In this document: positions 1 through 10,910 of the stretch, one piece after another
Numbering within the stretch: position 1 is the first letter of the stretch
Layout: each line of letters begins with the position of its first letter
Assembly: GCF_026210795.1 (NCBI RefSeq)
Contig: NC_089433.1
Location: forward strand, 3,968,001-4,032,000
Direction: 5' to 3'
DNA from: Rhizophagus irregularis
Taxonomy: Eukaryota
Length of the DNA: 64,000 bases
Program-made: the position numbers and the translations under genes
The notes under the pieces: generated by a model
Database searches by the model: none
What the model was told of the DNA's origin: nothing
What the model saw: only the letters and a program-made list of their open reading frames with translations

Positions 1-207
1 TATAATTTCCTGATGTATTAACAAAAATTTTTATTGTAAAATGAATTTCGACTTGTTTTTCGTCAAGTAATTATAATAAAAATACTACAAAAGAATCTTT
101 TCGTAAAATGAAATTTCGTCTAATAAACGTGTCTCTCGTTAAGTAATTATAAAAATTAAAAAAATAAAAAAAATAATTCAGCCGATTTTTACCAAAACAC
201 TTAATTA

Positions 208-1830
208 TTAACAAATTTGGAGTTTGCGATTAATTGGATTAATCGCCAAATATTCAATAGCATTACTCTGAGTAGAAATTTGATATTTTGATGGTATAAA
301 TCGACAAAGGATATTATGTACAGGAATAATACAATCGCGGCTTTCATCATAAAATTCAGATTTCCACAACTCGACGTTACAGCTCTCGTCTTCATCATCA
401 ATATGAAAATAATATCGACTTTCACTCGTACTAGCTGGTCGATACCAACGAATATATGCCAAATTATGTTCCATTTGTCCATTTGGTAAGTCGACTGTAT
501 ATTTGAAGAAGTATTGAATTTGTCCAGGATAACTGTCAACTTTCCTATCACTAGTTATAAATTTGGCTAGGATACACGAGCTTTTTGTATGTCAAACTGA
601 CATTGCGGAGCCAAATACTTCAGAACCAATTTGGCATCTTCCAAATTGATTTATCTTTACTCAAATTGTTATAGAATCTTGGATAATTTCATCTGCTGGT
701 TTGCGAAACTTGTACATTTTGATATAAGAAGCATTATAAAAAGAAACCATCAGTTCGAGCATTGATTCGGTCATTATTGCTTCAGAACTAGGCTTCAGCA
801 TTTCTTCAGGAAACAGCTCGCATCCAGTAATAGTCGATTCCTGTATGTTTTTAGCATTTAGCCAAAACCGCTCTAGTTCATCTGAAGAAAATTGGTTCGC
901 AGCCAATATTAAACCAGTTGTGGGTCAATCTTCAAGCAATTCTAAGTCTTTCGTTTGAATGTCAGAACTAATGATATCTCTAATTCGATTATCATTCATT
1001 ATCTGACGCATTATTTCTGGTTCAATTTGTCTATTACTTGTTGGCAATGAGCCTTAAAAATTATTAAAAATAAGACTAACAATGTAAACATCTGAATAAA
1101 GTAAAAAAAGTAAAAAAAAGAATATCTTACCAAGTATTCCATTCATACGCTCAAATGAAAAACACCAAAATGCATACAATGGACCAAAATCATTCGAACA
1201 ATCGCACAAATGGAGCGAAAGGTGAAGATTAGGCGTAATTTTTACTCTTCCATAGTGTACTTCAATAAGCTTAATTATTTTAATTAGCCTCTCATGAGCT
1301 TCTTCCATTAATTCAATTTCTAAAATTTGGCTTACTAAAATAGAACAAACTCTAACGAAATGTGTCAAGATTTTTCGATCTTTTGACGATAAATGTTCCC
1401 ACAATGAGGTAGTTGTGTAGATCATAAAGAAAATTCACCACTGATCGGCTGTATAGTTCGAAAACCCTTCTCCACGCTCAATATTCCTGGGAATTCGTCC
1501 CAAATCAGCCAGTATTTTGAATTGATTCATTTTTTCTTGAATCTTCTTTAGATCGTTCGGGGTTAAAACACCCTCGTCGATCCAAATCCTCTTCATTATC
1601 CACCTCACAATTCCTAAGAATAAGCAGTGCATTGGATCTACAATAATAAAATGAATTGGGTCAAAGTACGGCAATCGAAGTAACTCTGACCACCTAACCC
1701 CTTTTTCACTAACGAAATTCTTTCTTGAATTGGTGGAATTGCAACTTCGCCATGCAAGAGCATTTTGACGATGTTCGGTCGAATCACGAGTAATGAACCA
1801 ATTCTCCATATCCTCCATACCTGCAAAATC
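208..1830 (-). pseudogene. CACTA/EnSpm (Transposase_21-like) transposase, 5' part missing, frameshifted
   Basis: Fragments GVRWSELLRLPYFDPIHFIIVDPMHCLFLG, TPNLHLSLHL...FGPLYAFWCFSFERMNGILG and HNLAYIRWY...CIIPVHNILCRF are collinear with the transposase at 18161..21325. There is an intron at ~1054-1130. Confidence 0.9.
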
Positions 1831-1841
1831 AAACGTCGATA

Positions 1842-2840
1842 TCGAAACAACAATCCGCAGCTTCCGGTTCTGGTTCTATCAAAACTCAAAAACAAGCATC
1901 GAACACAGGTCGAAAAGTGAAAAATCAGGCATCAATCAGTCACCAATCGGTCACCAATCAGGTACCTGATTGGTGACCGATTGGTGCCTGATTGGCATTT
2001 TCGCCAAATACCGTCACCAATCAGGCAGTTTGCTAACTTTTGATCCAGTGATCAGAAAAAGATGAAATATAGCTCATTGGAATCGTCTCAACAAGACGAA
2101 TCTAATGGTAGTAAAATCGCATTTCTAGGATTAATACTTGATGAAAAATTAAGTAAAATATAAAAATAAAAATGTATCATTTATATTTTATTTAATTTTT
2201 TATTAACTATTAATCCTAGAGATGCGATTTTACTACCATTAGATTCGTCTTGTTGAGACGATTCCAATGAGCTATATTTCATCTTTTTCTGATCACTGGA
2301 TCAAAAGTTAGCAAACTGCCTGATTGGTGACGGTATTTGGCGAAAATGCCAATTAGGCACCAATCAGGCACCAATCAGTCACCAATCAGCTACCTGATTG
2401 GTGACCGATTGGTGCCTGATTTTTCACTTTTCGACCTGTGGAAACAGGAATCCGCAGCTTCCGGTTCCAGTTCTACCAAAACTCAAAAACAAGCGTCGAA
2501 ACAGGAATCCGCAGCTTCCAGTTCTAGTTCTACCAAAACTCAAAAATAAATGTCGAAACAGGAATCCGCAGCTTCTGGTTCCGGTTCTATTAAAACTCAA
2601 AAACAAATGTCGAAACAGGAATCTGCAGCTTCTGGTTCCGGTTCTATTAAAACTCAAAAACAAACGTCGAAACAGGAATCCGCAGCTTCCGGTTCTGGTT
2701 TTACCAAAACTCAAAAACAAACGTCAAAACAGGAATCTGCAGCTTCTGGTTCCAGTTCTATCAAAACTCAAAAACAAACGTCGAAACAGGAATCCGCAGC
2801 TTCCGGTTCTGGTTTTACCAAAACTTAAAAACAAACGTCG
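1842..2840 (+). repeat. 57-bp coding minisatellite (SKQESAASGSGSIKTQKQT-like, ~8 units), split by a MITE
   Basis: Unit TCGAAACAGGAATCCGCAGCTTCCGGTTCTGGTTCTATCAAAACTCAAAAACAAACG recurs over 2441-2840, with one unit left of the MITE. Confidence 0.92.
1904..2440. mobile_element. 537-bp fold-back MITE, CACAG-type (CMC/CACTA non-autonomous)
   Basis: Starts CACAGGTCGAAAAGTGAAAAATCAGGCA and ends TGCCTGATTTTTCACTTTTCGACCTGTG; nearly the whole element is an inverted repeat. 3-bp TSD GAA (1901-1903/2441-2443). Removal restores the minisatellite unit. Confidence 0.95.
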
Positions 2841-3784
2841 ATACCAGAAGCTTCGGAAGATAATGGGCCATTTCGCTTAGTGGTACCATCCAGTCTGTAC
2901 TCGCAATAAAGCAGGATGGTACCACCAATTCATAATGTAACTGTACATAGGGAATTAACGCCCATTACACGCACAGCCGAACCGTATAGGAGCAATGTAC
3001 ATAAGGAATTAACGCCCATTACACGCACCACCGAACCGTATAGGAGCAATGTACGCATCGCCAAACTGTATAGGAGCAATGTACGCACCGCCGAATCATA
3101 TAGGAGAGAATTAACGCCAATTATACGTGAACCTTATAGTAGTAATTGGACTAGAGATGTAAATGGTGAGCTACAATTGACTTTTGTATTCATTTTAGAG
3201 TTCTGGTCGACTTTAACGTTTTTTTAGAAATGTATGATCTCTGAGAAGAAAATGCCTACTTACGGGGAAGAATCGACGAATTAAATCAGCAACTCGATAA
3301 TGCAAATGGCGAGTTGCATGACTTACGGCTAGACGTTGGCCAATTACAATCGTATAACAATATACTTAGTCAGGAAAACAACGGCTTGCATCACCGACAT
3401 TCATCTGACCTTCAAAATATCAAATTTGAAGAGGATCAACGACCAACAAAGCGTAGGAAAGGAAAAAATCTTGTGCGCGATTCTAAAGATGAAATGGAAG
3501 TAGATGAAAAAGAAGCTAGGGTTCGTCCAAAAATCCTCTTTCAATGTATGCTTTTAACGCTCGCTAAACTGATATTTTGTACAATTTAGGCCGAGATGAA
3601 GACGATTCTAAAAACTTTTCCGATTGAACTAGAATTAAAATACGATGAAAAGTTTACCAGTGAGTCACATGATGAAATTCTTCGACAGGTTATACCTCAA
3701 CTAATTGAAGCGATGAAGCCAAGGTATACTCCACGATACAGGCAAGTCAAGTCTTGGCTCTCCGCTTTACATAAACATCGCAGA

Positions 3785-3974
3785 TTACAGGTCGAAATGC
3801 TAAAAATTGGCAAAGAAAATGGCGCGAAAAGCAGTGGCTATTCTTGGCTATTTTTGGCTATTTTTGGCTATTTATGAATTAACCTATACTATTTGTAAAT
3901 AGTTTATACAAATTTGCGAATAGTTTATGCGATTTGTGCCATTTTTTTGCCTATTTTTGATCATTTGACGTGTG
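3785..3974. mobile_element. Degenerate 190-bp CACAG-type MITE
   Basis: TTACAGGTCGAAATG...CATTTGACGTGTG flanked by AGA/AGA. Removal restores the reading frame HKHRR-VRLLY. Confidence 0.75.
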
Positions 3975-4959
3975 AGAGTGCGCTTGTTATATAAACAACG
4001 CAGCACTTTAGACAAAGATAATCGCTGTCTACATCAAAACAATCGGTTAAATGAGGTAAATAATTTCTTTATTATTTCAAAAAAAAAAAATCTCATCATT
4101 CGTCGAAACTTTAAATATAGAAAAAGGCACGTCGAGTTAAAAGCGCAAAATCGCTTTTCGACAAAAATGATGAAAAACTGGAGAATTATGATCGAAAAGA
4201 ACTTTTGAATGTTTTAAGTGACAACTGATATCACTCTCCAGAGTATTCTGAATCAGATGAGGAGCAACCAGATGGTAAAAGACATATCAATGTTTATAAT
4301 CCGCCTTGGAGATCTGAAGAGGTTCGATAACTTATTTGTCGCATTTTTTATTTTTTATTTTTTATTTGTATTATTTTTTTCGTAATAGGATTGATTTTTT
4401 TCTAATAATAGTTAATAGATTTATTACGAAATGCCTTGGACCAACACGCTTTCTCTCTTCAATCTGCACAATTGATATGAACGCAAAATTATGATGATGA
4501 GATATATAATATCGTCTCTCGTCATCCACGAGGTGCTCCAAATTGGACCTATATGGAGCAGAATACGCCGGCCGATACCAACTTTTCTGAGCCGGAGATG
4601 CTGATTCAAACGATGGAGAATCTAATAATGGCGGAAGATGCGGAAGTGTCAGCGGAGATGGATGAAATAGTGGTAATAGAAGATTCAGAACCAACGGAAA
4701 TGGAAGAATCAGAACCAACGGAAATGGAAGAATCGGAACCAACGGGAGTGGAAGAATCGGAACTAATGGGAGTGGAAGAATTGCCAGAAATGGAAGATAA
4801 AACAGACAAATGGTATAAATTTGTACTTTAATTTTTGTTTAAGTTTTTATTATACTAACTTTTTTTCAAATTTTAGATTGTGAATTCGTCGGTTTTTTTT
4901 GGATTTTTTTTTGAAAATTATGGGATTTTTTGTGGAATTGTGGATTGAATTTTTTTATT

Positions 4960-5230
4960 TTCGTAGGAAATTTTTATTAATTTAGTATTATTTCGTATTA
5001 TTTTCGTATTGTTTACGTATTATTTACGTATTATTTTTGTATTATTGTTGTAGGAAATTTTTATTATTTTCATATTATTTTAGTATTATTTTCGTAGGAA
5101 ATTTTTATTATTTTAGTATTATTTTTGTATTATTTTTGTATTATTTTCGTAGGAAATTTTTATTATTTTAGTATTATTTCGTATTATTTTTGTAGGAAAT
5201 TTTTACTATTTTTGTAGGAAATTTTTGTGA
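4960..5230. repeat. AT-rich degenerate tandem repeat (GTAGGAAATTTTTATTATTTTAGTATTATTT)
   Basis: Six GTAGGAAATTTTT cores separated by GTATTATTT runs. Confidence 0.8.
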
Positions 5231-5611
5231 TTTAATTGATTTAATTAAAATAATTGGTAAATCAATCGAAATAAAATCGGTTTTAAAACTTAAATTTGCT
5301 AAATTTCATCAAAATTATTATGGTCGATTTTATTTATTTTTGCAAATCGGCAAATAATCAATATCGATTTTTAAACGAATAGTCGATTGTTTATGACGAA
5401 TTTCATTTGCATGGCAGGTTCGAATTTTATTGATATGTACAGCCAATTTTTTTAACTAATTCCGAAACTTTGCCAATTTCTAATTGCGAGTGGCAGGTGT
5501 TACGGTGCAAATCGTCCATAAAATTAGTTGCCAATTTTTTTGGTACTGATCGGCTAATGTCAGACCGAATTTCGTCCAACATTCAGCAATTTAAAATTTT
5601 GCTGAAATGGA

Positions 5612-6691
5612 CTATTCTGACCAGTGTACTGGATTATCATTAACTTCAAACTGGGCTAACCGAAAGGTACTTAATTCTATCTTCAAATGGAGCGTCTGAT
5701 ATTTCCTTTGTGGCTTCGTCTGTAAAGAAATAGTTTTCTCCCATAAAGTTAGTTCTTTCAGAATATCTTCAGGAGTCCAGGATACCAGAACGTCATAAAC
5801 CAAAATGTCTCTGACTCGCGATGCATCATCATCGGTAAGTGTATGACCAGTAATTACATTTTGAATTAAAGTTTTATTTGACTTCTTTTTTTTATTCGAA
5901 GATTTTGTCAAATTCGTCATTGTTATTTCTTGTTGTGTTACTTGCTGCGGTTGAGGTGTAACATCAATTATCAATAGCGTTATTGTGACCGAAGTAATTT
6001 CCATAAGAGAATGATCAACATTAGGTTGTGTACCAGATAATTCCGCGATCGTCCGATTTTGATCAACATTAGTCTTAGAAATCGACCGATCTATATTCAA
6101 ATCTCGATCATCATCCATTTGATTATCACTATCAACTTCCCCTCTAGGTTCAAAAGTAATTACATCATTATCAAAGCCTTCTGACTCAGAATGATGTGAG
6201 GAATCGAGTTGGAATTTTGAAATCTTTTTTTTCGATTTTTTTGATTTCTTCAATTTTTTTGACTTGGACTTCTTGTACGACCCTGGTATTAACTCCATTA
6301 ATCGTTCAGCTTCTTTCTGCCTACTAATTTCTTGCTGTAATGCCCCTGATAGAGTTTCATCACGTTTCTGTATCTGGTCCTCTGCTGCAATAAGACCTTC
6401 TGAAGCGGAAAGCATAGCAATATGCAGAAAAAAAGTGAAGCTTTCTGGAGTCATCTTATAACAAGAAGCCCTTCCTTCCCAGCTATTAATTTCTTTGTCA
6501 TTTAGGCTGAAATTATTTTGTATTATTCTACATTGAACTTCTGTATCACGACCTGTAAAAAATGAAGAAGCTAGACTTTCAAAGTAATTTATAAAACTTT
6601 GATAAACTTGTACTAAATATATTTCTTGCTCATATACTTTCGTCTGAAAGTTATTTTCAGCTATTTTAATAAGAGTTCTAATGCTTTCCAT
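5612..6691 (-). CDS. 359-aa ORF, probably ORF1/gag-like protein of a non-LTR retroelement, C-terminally truncated
   Basis: Intronless with K/S-rich linkers. C-terminal VRDILVYDVLVSWTPEDILKELTLW...KPQRKYQT resembles, by my recognition, the RRM-like region of glomeromycotan retroelement ORF1 proteins. It stops exactly at the presumed end of CACTA copy 1. Confidence 0.5.
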   Translation of the reverse strand: MESIRTLIKIAENNFQTKVYEQEIYLVQVYQSFINYFESLASSFFTGRDTEVQCRIIQNNFSLNDKEINSWEGRASCYKMTPESFTFFLHIAMLSASEGLIAAEDQIQKRDETLSGALQQEISRQKEAERLMELIPGSYKKSKSKKLKKSKKSKKKISKFQLDSSHHSESEGFDNDVITFEPRGEVDSDNQMDDDRDLNIDRSISKTNVDQNRTIAELSGTQPNVDHSLMEITSVTITLLIIDVTPQPQQVTQQEITMTNLTKSSNKKKKSNKTLIQNVITGHTLTDDDASRVRDILVYDVLVSWTPEDILKELTLWEKTISLQTKPQRKYQTLHLKIELSTFRLAQFEVNDNPVHWSE

Positions 6692-7344
6692 AATAAAAAA
6701 AACTTGAGTAAAAAAATTTTTTCGTTTTTACTGCGGAATTGTTATGTTTTAATTATTTTGGGAAAAGAGTTTTTTTTTTTTTTGCATTTCTTAAACTTGT
6801 ACAATAATTGACACCATTATTATAATGTTTACTGAAATTATGATTAATATATTTAGAAAATAATTTTGTTGATCAATGAATTTTGGAATATAAATTTGCC
6901 GATTCTTATTTTTGACCTAAAACATGATAATGGTGTAGTTAGCCGAAAAATTCAGCTGAAGGCGCAGTAAATTTTTGGCTAACAACACCCAGCTGAAAAA
7001 ATTCATGTTGATCTAGAATATTTTATTGAATGTTTTATTGGTTCAACATCTACTATTTTTGGCTGAATATTTTCGTCTAACTATACTTTTTTTAAATAAT
7101 AGTGTAGTTAGCCGAAAATATCAAACCAGAGGCGCAAGAAACACCAATATATAATATTCCAGGAGACCAAAGCGAACCAGCAAGACAAGGAGGTAACATC
7201 AAAATGTGATGATTTTATATATATTTAATATATTTAACTTATTTAATTATAAAATATATAAAATTTTATAATCATTTATATTTTATTAAGCTATAATAAA
7301 TGTTCAAACAAAATTTATTTTAATTATATTATTATTCAATTTAA

Positions 7345-8157
7345 TCATACCACAAATGCCTTACTTTCAGTTTGTTTTTCAATCCATAATTTAATGGCAT
7401 TTCTCATCAATGCATTAGCAGATAATTCAGATTTTTTAACAATTTTAGAAACAGCTGATTGTCCAAATCCAATTTGTGATTTAGCTAATTCACAAATTTC
7501 ATTAGCAGCAATTTGTTGTGTAATACCTTTAAAAGAATTTTACACTTTTGAAATGCTTCAACAAATCCATTTGCTATTATTTGATCCTCTAGTGATACTT
7601 TTGTTTCTTTCCATTGTTCAATGGGATCATCATCTTTAATTTTGTTTAACCTTTGTTTTTTATTTGGCTGAGAGCTTTTTACATATTTTTGTGATCTAAT
7701 ATTTAACTGAGGCTAAACCATATAGAGCACCTAATGTTCTCCATGCTCCTATACGACACATTTCCATAATCTCAGCAACAAATGGTGCAATATTTCTATA
7801 TTATATTTGCTAATATTTCTTATTATTTGCTTTTAAAAATGCTCTATCTGAATACGAATAATCTTTTTCAAAGACTTCTAAGACAAGATATTTATCAGCA
7901 TATGCCATCAACTCTAATATTGTAAATAGATGAAGTTGTGTTGATAAAGAGTTTTCGTGAATAAAAAAATAGGATACTGCATTATATAAGCAATTTCCAT
8001 CAGCAGTTGTATCAGCATATATATAACCATTAAATTCATTTGGTAATAATAAACATGCACCTTTATCTATAACTATACCCTCAGATATACAAACATCTAT
8101 ATATGAAAGATCACAAGATAAAATTTGAATTTTTTTATGCTTTTGTCCATAAGACAT
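7345..8157 (-). pseudogene. OTU-like (vertnin-like) cysteine protease domain remnant inside the Mutator-like element
   Basis: TTADGNCLYNAVSYFF...SLSTQLHLFTILEL, then after a stop/frameshift EMCRIGAWRTLGALYGLASV. These match the OTU DGNC motif and the vertnin-type W-x5-LYxLASV segment. Confidence 0.7.
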
Positions 8158-8235
8158 TATTTCACTTAAACTTGGTAATTTGGCAAGGAATTTTCTAGTT
8201 TTAATTAAAAGTTGTTTAAATAGAATCCATAATTA

Positions 8236-8355
8236 CACAGGTCAAAAAGTGAAAAATCAGGCATCAATCAGTCACCAATCGGTCACCAATCAGTCACCAA
8301 TCAGCTACCTGATTGGTGACTGATTGGTGCCTGATTTTTCACTTTTTGACCTGTG
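8236..8355. mobile_element. 120-bp CACAG-type mini-MITE
   Basis: CACAGGTCAAAAAGTGAAAAATCAGGCA...TGCCTGATTTTTCACTTTTTGACCTGTG with 3-bp TSD TTA. The ends are nearly identical to those of 1904..2440. Confidence 0.95.
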
Positions 8356-9009
8356 TTAAGTGAAGTATTTCAGTAAATTTAGCAAATTTTATAACAAAGA
8401 AAAAAAGTTTATTAAAAAAAATTATCTTTGATTATATTTAAATCCATTTTATTAAATATTTTCCAAGAATTTAAAAATTATTTACAAGCAAATATTAAAA
8501 TTAAACATTTTAAAGAAACAATTTTACACCAAACAATACCATTTAATAATTAACGATTCTGTATTATATAAATTAATATTATCAAGAAAAGTATATAATT
8601 ATTATTATTGTAATAATTACATAATATTTACCGTTAAATAATAATGGTAAATATTATATGAACAATCAGGATTTTCATTACCTGTTACCACTTAAATTAT
8701 TGTATTGCATTTGATATTTACGGCTAACTACACTTTTTTAAAATAATAATGTAGTTAGCTGTAAATATCTAGCCGAAAATAGTAGATGTTGAACCAATAA
8801 AATATTCAAAAAATATTCAAGATCAACATGAATTTTTTTCAGCTGGGTGTTGTTAGCTGAAAATTTACTGCGCCTTCAGCTGAATTTTTCGGCTAACTAC
8901 ATCATTATTAAAACATGGATCAGCCAAAATTACGTTGTTATTATCAAAATATGGGCATGATCATTAACAATTTTTTCTGGAAGTATTATTAGTACTAGTA
9001 TAGTACTAG

Positions 9010-9062
9010 AACAGTACAGTACAGTTCAGTTCAGTTCAGTACAGTACAGTACAGTACAGTAC
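9010..9062. repeat. (CAGTA/CAGTT)n pentanucleotide microsatellite
   Basis: About 10 tandem CAGTW units. Confidence 0.9.
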
Positions 9063-9152
9063 AAGTGTTCAGAAGGTAAAATTGCAATTTAGAATTTCCT
9101 GTGGTACTTTCATATTACGTTAAATTTAGCCATCAAATTATAGAGTTTTGTA

Positions 9153-9290
9153 TAGTGTTGCGATCCATTGATCCATCAATCCATCAATCCGTGAATTTAT
9201 CTGATTTGAAATTCATTCAAGTCATCCGTTAGATTTTCAGTCAGATGACGGATGGATCTGGATCAGAAAAACAGATTATCTGGATGATCC
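9153..9290. mobile_element. hAT-like element terminus with subterminal repeats
   Basis: TAGTGTTGCGATCC followed by clustered ATCCA/ATCCG/GGAT motifs, 2.3 kb upstream of a hAT transposase. The matching end was not confirmed. Confidence 0.55.
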
Positions 9291-10213
9291 ATTTATATAA
9301 ATATAAAAAAAAATTTTTTTTTCAAATAAATAAAATAAAAAAAAAATTTAATACCGTACTTAATAACATTCCATTTGACCATTTCCACTCTGACATTACT
9401 AGTCCAAATATAAACTTTACGCCACATTTTAAGCAAGACACCGTACAGTACAAACTAGAAAGAGATTTCAATTTTAGTTTGCAGATTAAGGTATTGTGTT
9501 TTAAGTTTTCATAGGACATAGGGAGATGGACTTATTTTTGTTAATTCTTTGTTAGATTACTTAAGATGTCTTATTGTTTTGATTTGGCTAAGGTAGGTAT
9601 TGGTTCTTTAGTTGTTTTCTTTCTTATGGGAACGGTATTATTTATTTATTTATTTATTTTTCCCTAGGAATAGCTTCAGCTTGCTTGAAAATTGGAATGA
9701 AGTAGGTATTCATTTGTTTTCTTCCTTTTAGAAACAGTATTAACTTATCCAGCCATTCTTTCTCTTTTATTTTTAGGAACAGTTTCTTCTGATTTCACTT
9801 GGACTTTGGAGTGATCTTGAGAGGTAAACATTCTTGTTTGTTAATTTTTTTCCTAGGAATGATAATTTTTTTTTATTGTTTTTTTAACTGAATAAGTTTT
9901 TGGAATAGAACAATTTCAAAGTAAAGGATCTTAACATAATAGTTCTTTTGGTTCGTTTCCTCTTTTTTTTATTTTTTTTTAATTTTAGAAACAGCTTCAT
10001 CTGGCTCCTGCTTGGAAGAGAACAATCTTGGGGGTAGGCATTCTTGTTTGTTGATTCTTTCTTCTATGAATAGTACCAATTATTAATTATTTTTTTTTTT
10101 CTAAAAAAATAAGTTCTTTGTTTGTTTCAGTTGCTTGGAATGGGGCGATCATGAGGTAGGCATCATCTTGGTTCTTTTGATTAATTTCACTCTTTTTGAA
10201 TAATACTAACCAT

Positions 10214-10910
10214 TGTTACCCCTAGTCACGTGTAGAGTTACAACTTACTGCGCCAGAAGATCATGTGGAAAATTAGGATCTACTGTACTCAACTGTGCCA
10301 AGCCGACCTAGCCGCAGCCTACTTAGCCTATTATTTCTATTATATTTATTATATTAATTATATTTAATATAATCGATATAATTATTTTATTTATTATATT
10401 TAATTTATTTATTATATTTATTATAGAAATAATTTATTTATCGCACGTGCGATGCAAATTTTTATGTTTATCATTGCCATTTTAAGGGGGGTGGCGATGT
10501 ATAAGCAGGTTGATCAACATAAATAATTTACAAAAAAGGAAAGTGGCGATGCATCGCACGTGCGATGAATAAATTTACTCTTTATTATATTAGTTATATT
10601 TCTTATATTTATTATATCTATTATATTTATTATATCTTTATATGTAGTAACTTTTATATAAATAACGTTGGTATTTTCCTTCGTTATAAGTTAAGTTTCC
10701 TTCAGTTCGAATTAGTTCATCTTAGTTCAGATTAGTTATTATTTTTGTAATTATAAAGTTCTATAATAAAGTATAACCTTTTACACAATAAACGAACCCC
10801 CTATTTTTAAGCGTGTCCTGTTTGATTGGATTTCAGTCATAGTTAAACGTACTTAATCTCCCTGACTGCAAATCATAGTTAATCTATTCAACGTACCGAA
10901 TCGGTTAACA
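10214..10910. mobile_element. Solo LTR (copy A), with nested MITE
   Basis: TGTTA...TAACA termini and 4-bp TSD CCAT (10210-10213/10911-10914). Near-identical to 13974..14504. Confidence 0.92.
10426..10580. mobile_element. 155-bp Mutator-like MITE inside solo LTR A
   Basis: ~30-bp TIRs G...ATTTATTYATCGCACGTGCGATGC and 9-bp TSD TTTATTATA. Absent from LTR copy B, which shows the empty site. Confidence 0.92.

Larger units (their letters stand above)
1842..4880 (+). pseudogene. Multi-exon accessory (second) gene of CACTA copy 1, disrupted
   Basis: Exons read SWLSALHKHRR|VRLLYKQR...HQNNRLNE and YHSPEYSESDEEQPDGKRHINVYNPPWRSEE, homologous to 16326..17700 (-). It has stops, two MITE insertions and acidic C-terminal repeats (EPTEMEES). 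Confidence 0.75.
1..5610. mobile_element. Internally deleted CACTA/EnSpm-type DNA transposon (copy 1); left end outside the window, right end tentative
   Basis: Same divergent transposase + accessory-gene layout as 15807..25638. Repeat-rich segment 5270-5610 ends ...TTTTGCTGAAATGG, abutting the apparently truncated ORF at 5612. No TSD can be checked. Confidence 0.55.
6927..8908. mobile_element. Mutator-like non-autonomous element with ~200-bp TIRs
   Basis: ATAATGGTGTAGTTAGCCGAAAAATTCAGCTGAAGGCGCAG... (6927-~7125) is the inverse of ~8710-8908. Perfect 9-bp TSD TAAAACATG (6918-6926/8909-8917). Confidence 0.9.

Noticed and set aside
1904..1925. CACAG termini as RAG/Transib recombination signals
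   Set aside because: The end is CACAGGT, not CACAGTG; TSDs are 3 bp rather than 5 bp; the linked transposase is EnSpm-type.
2441..2840. 57-bp periodic array as a CRISPR
   Set aside because: Units are contiguous with no unique spacers, keep a 19-codon frame and lie in a eukaryotic TE gene; no cas genes.
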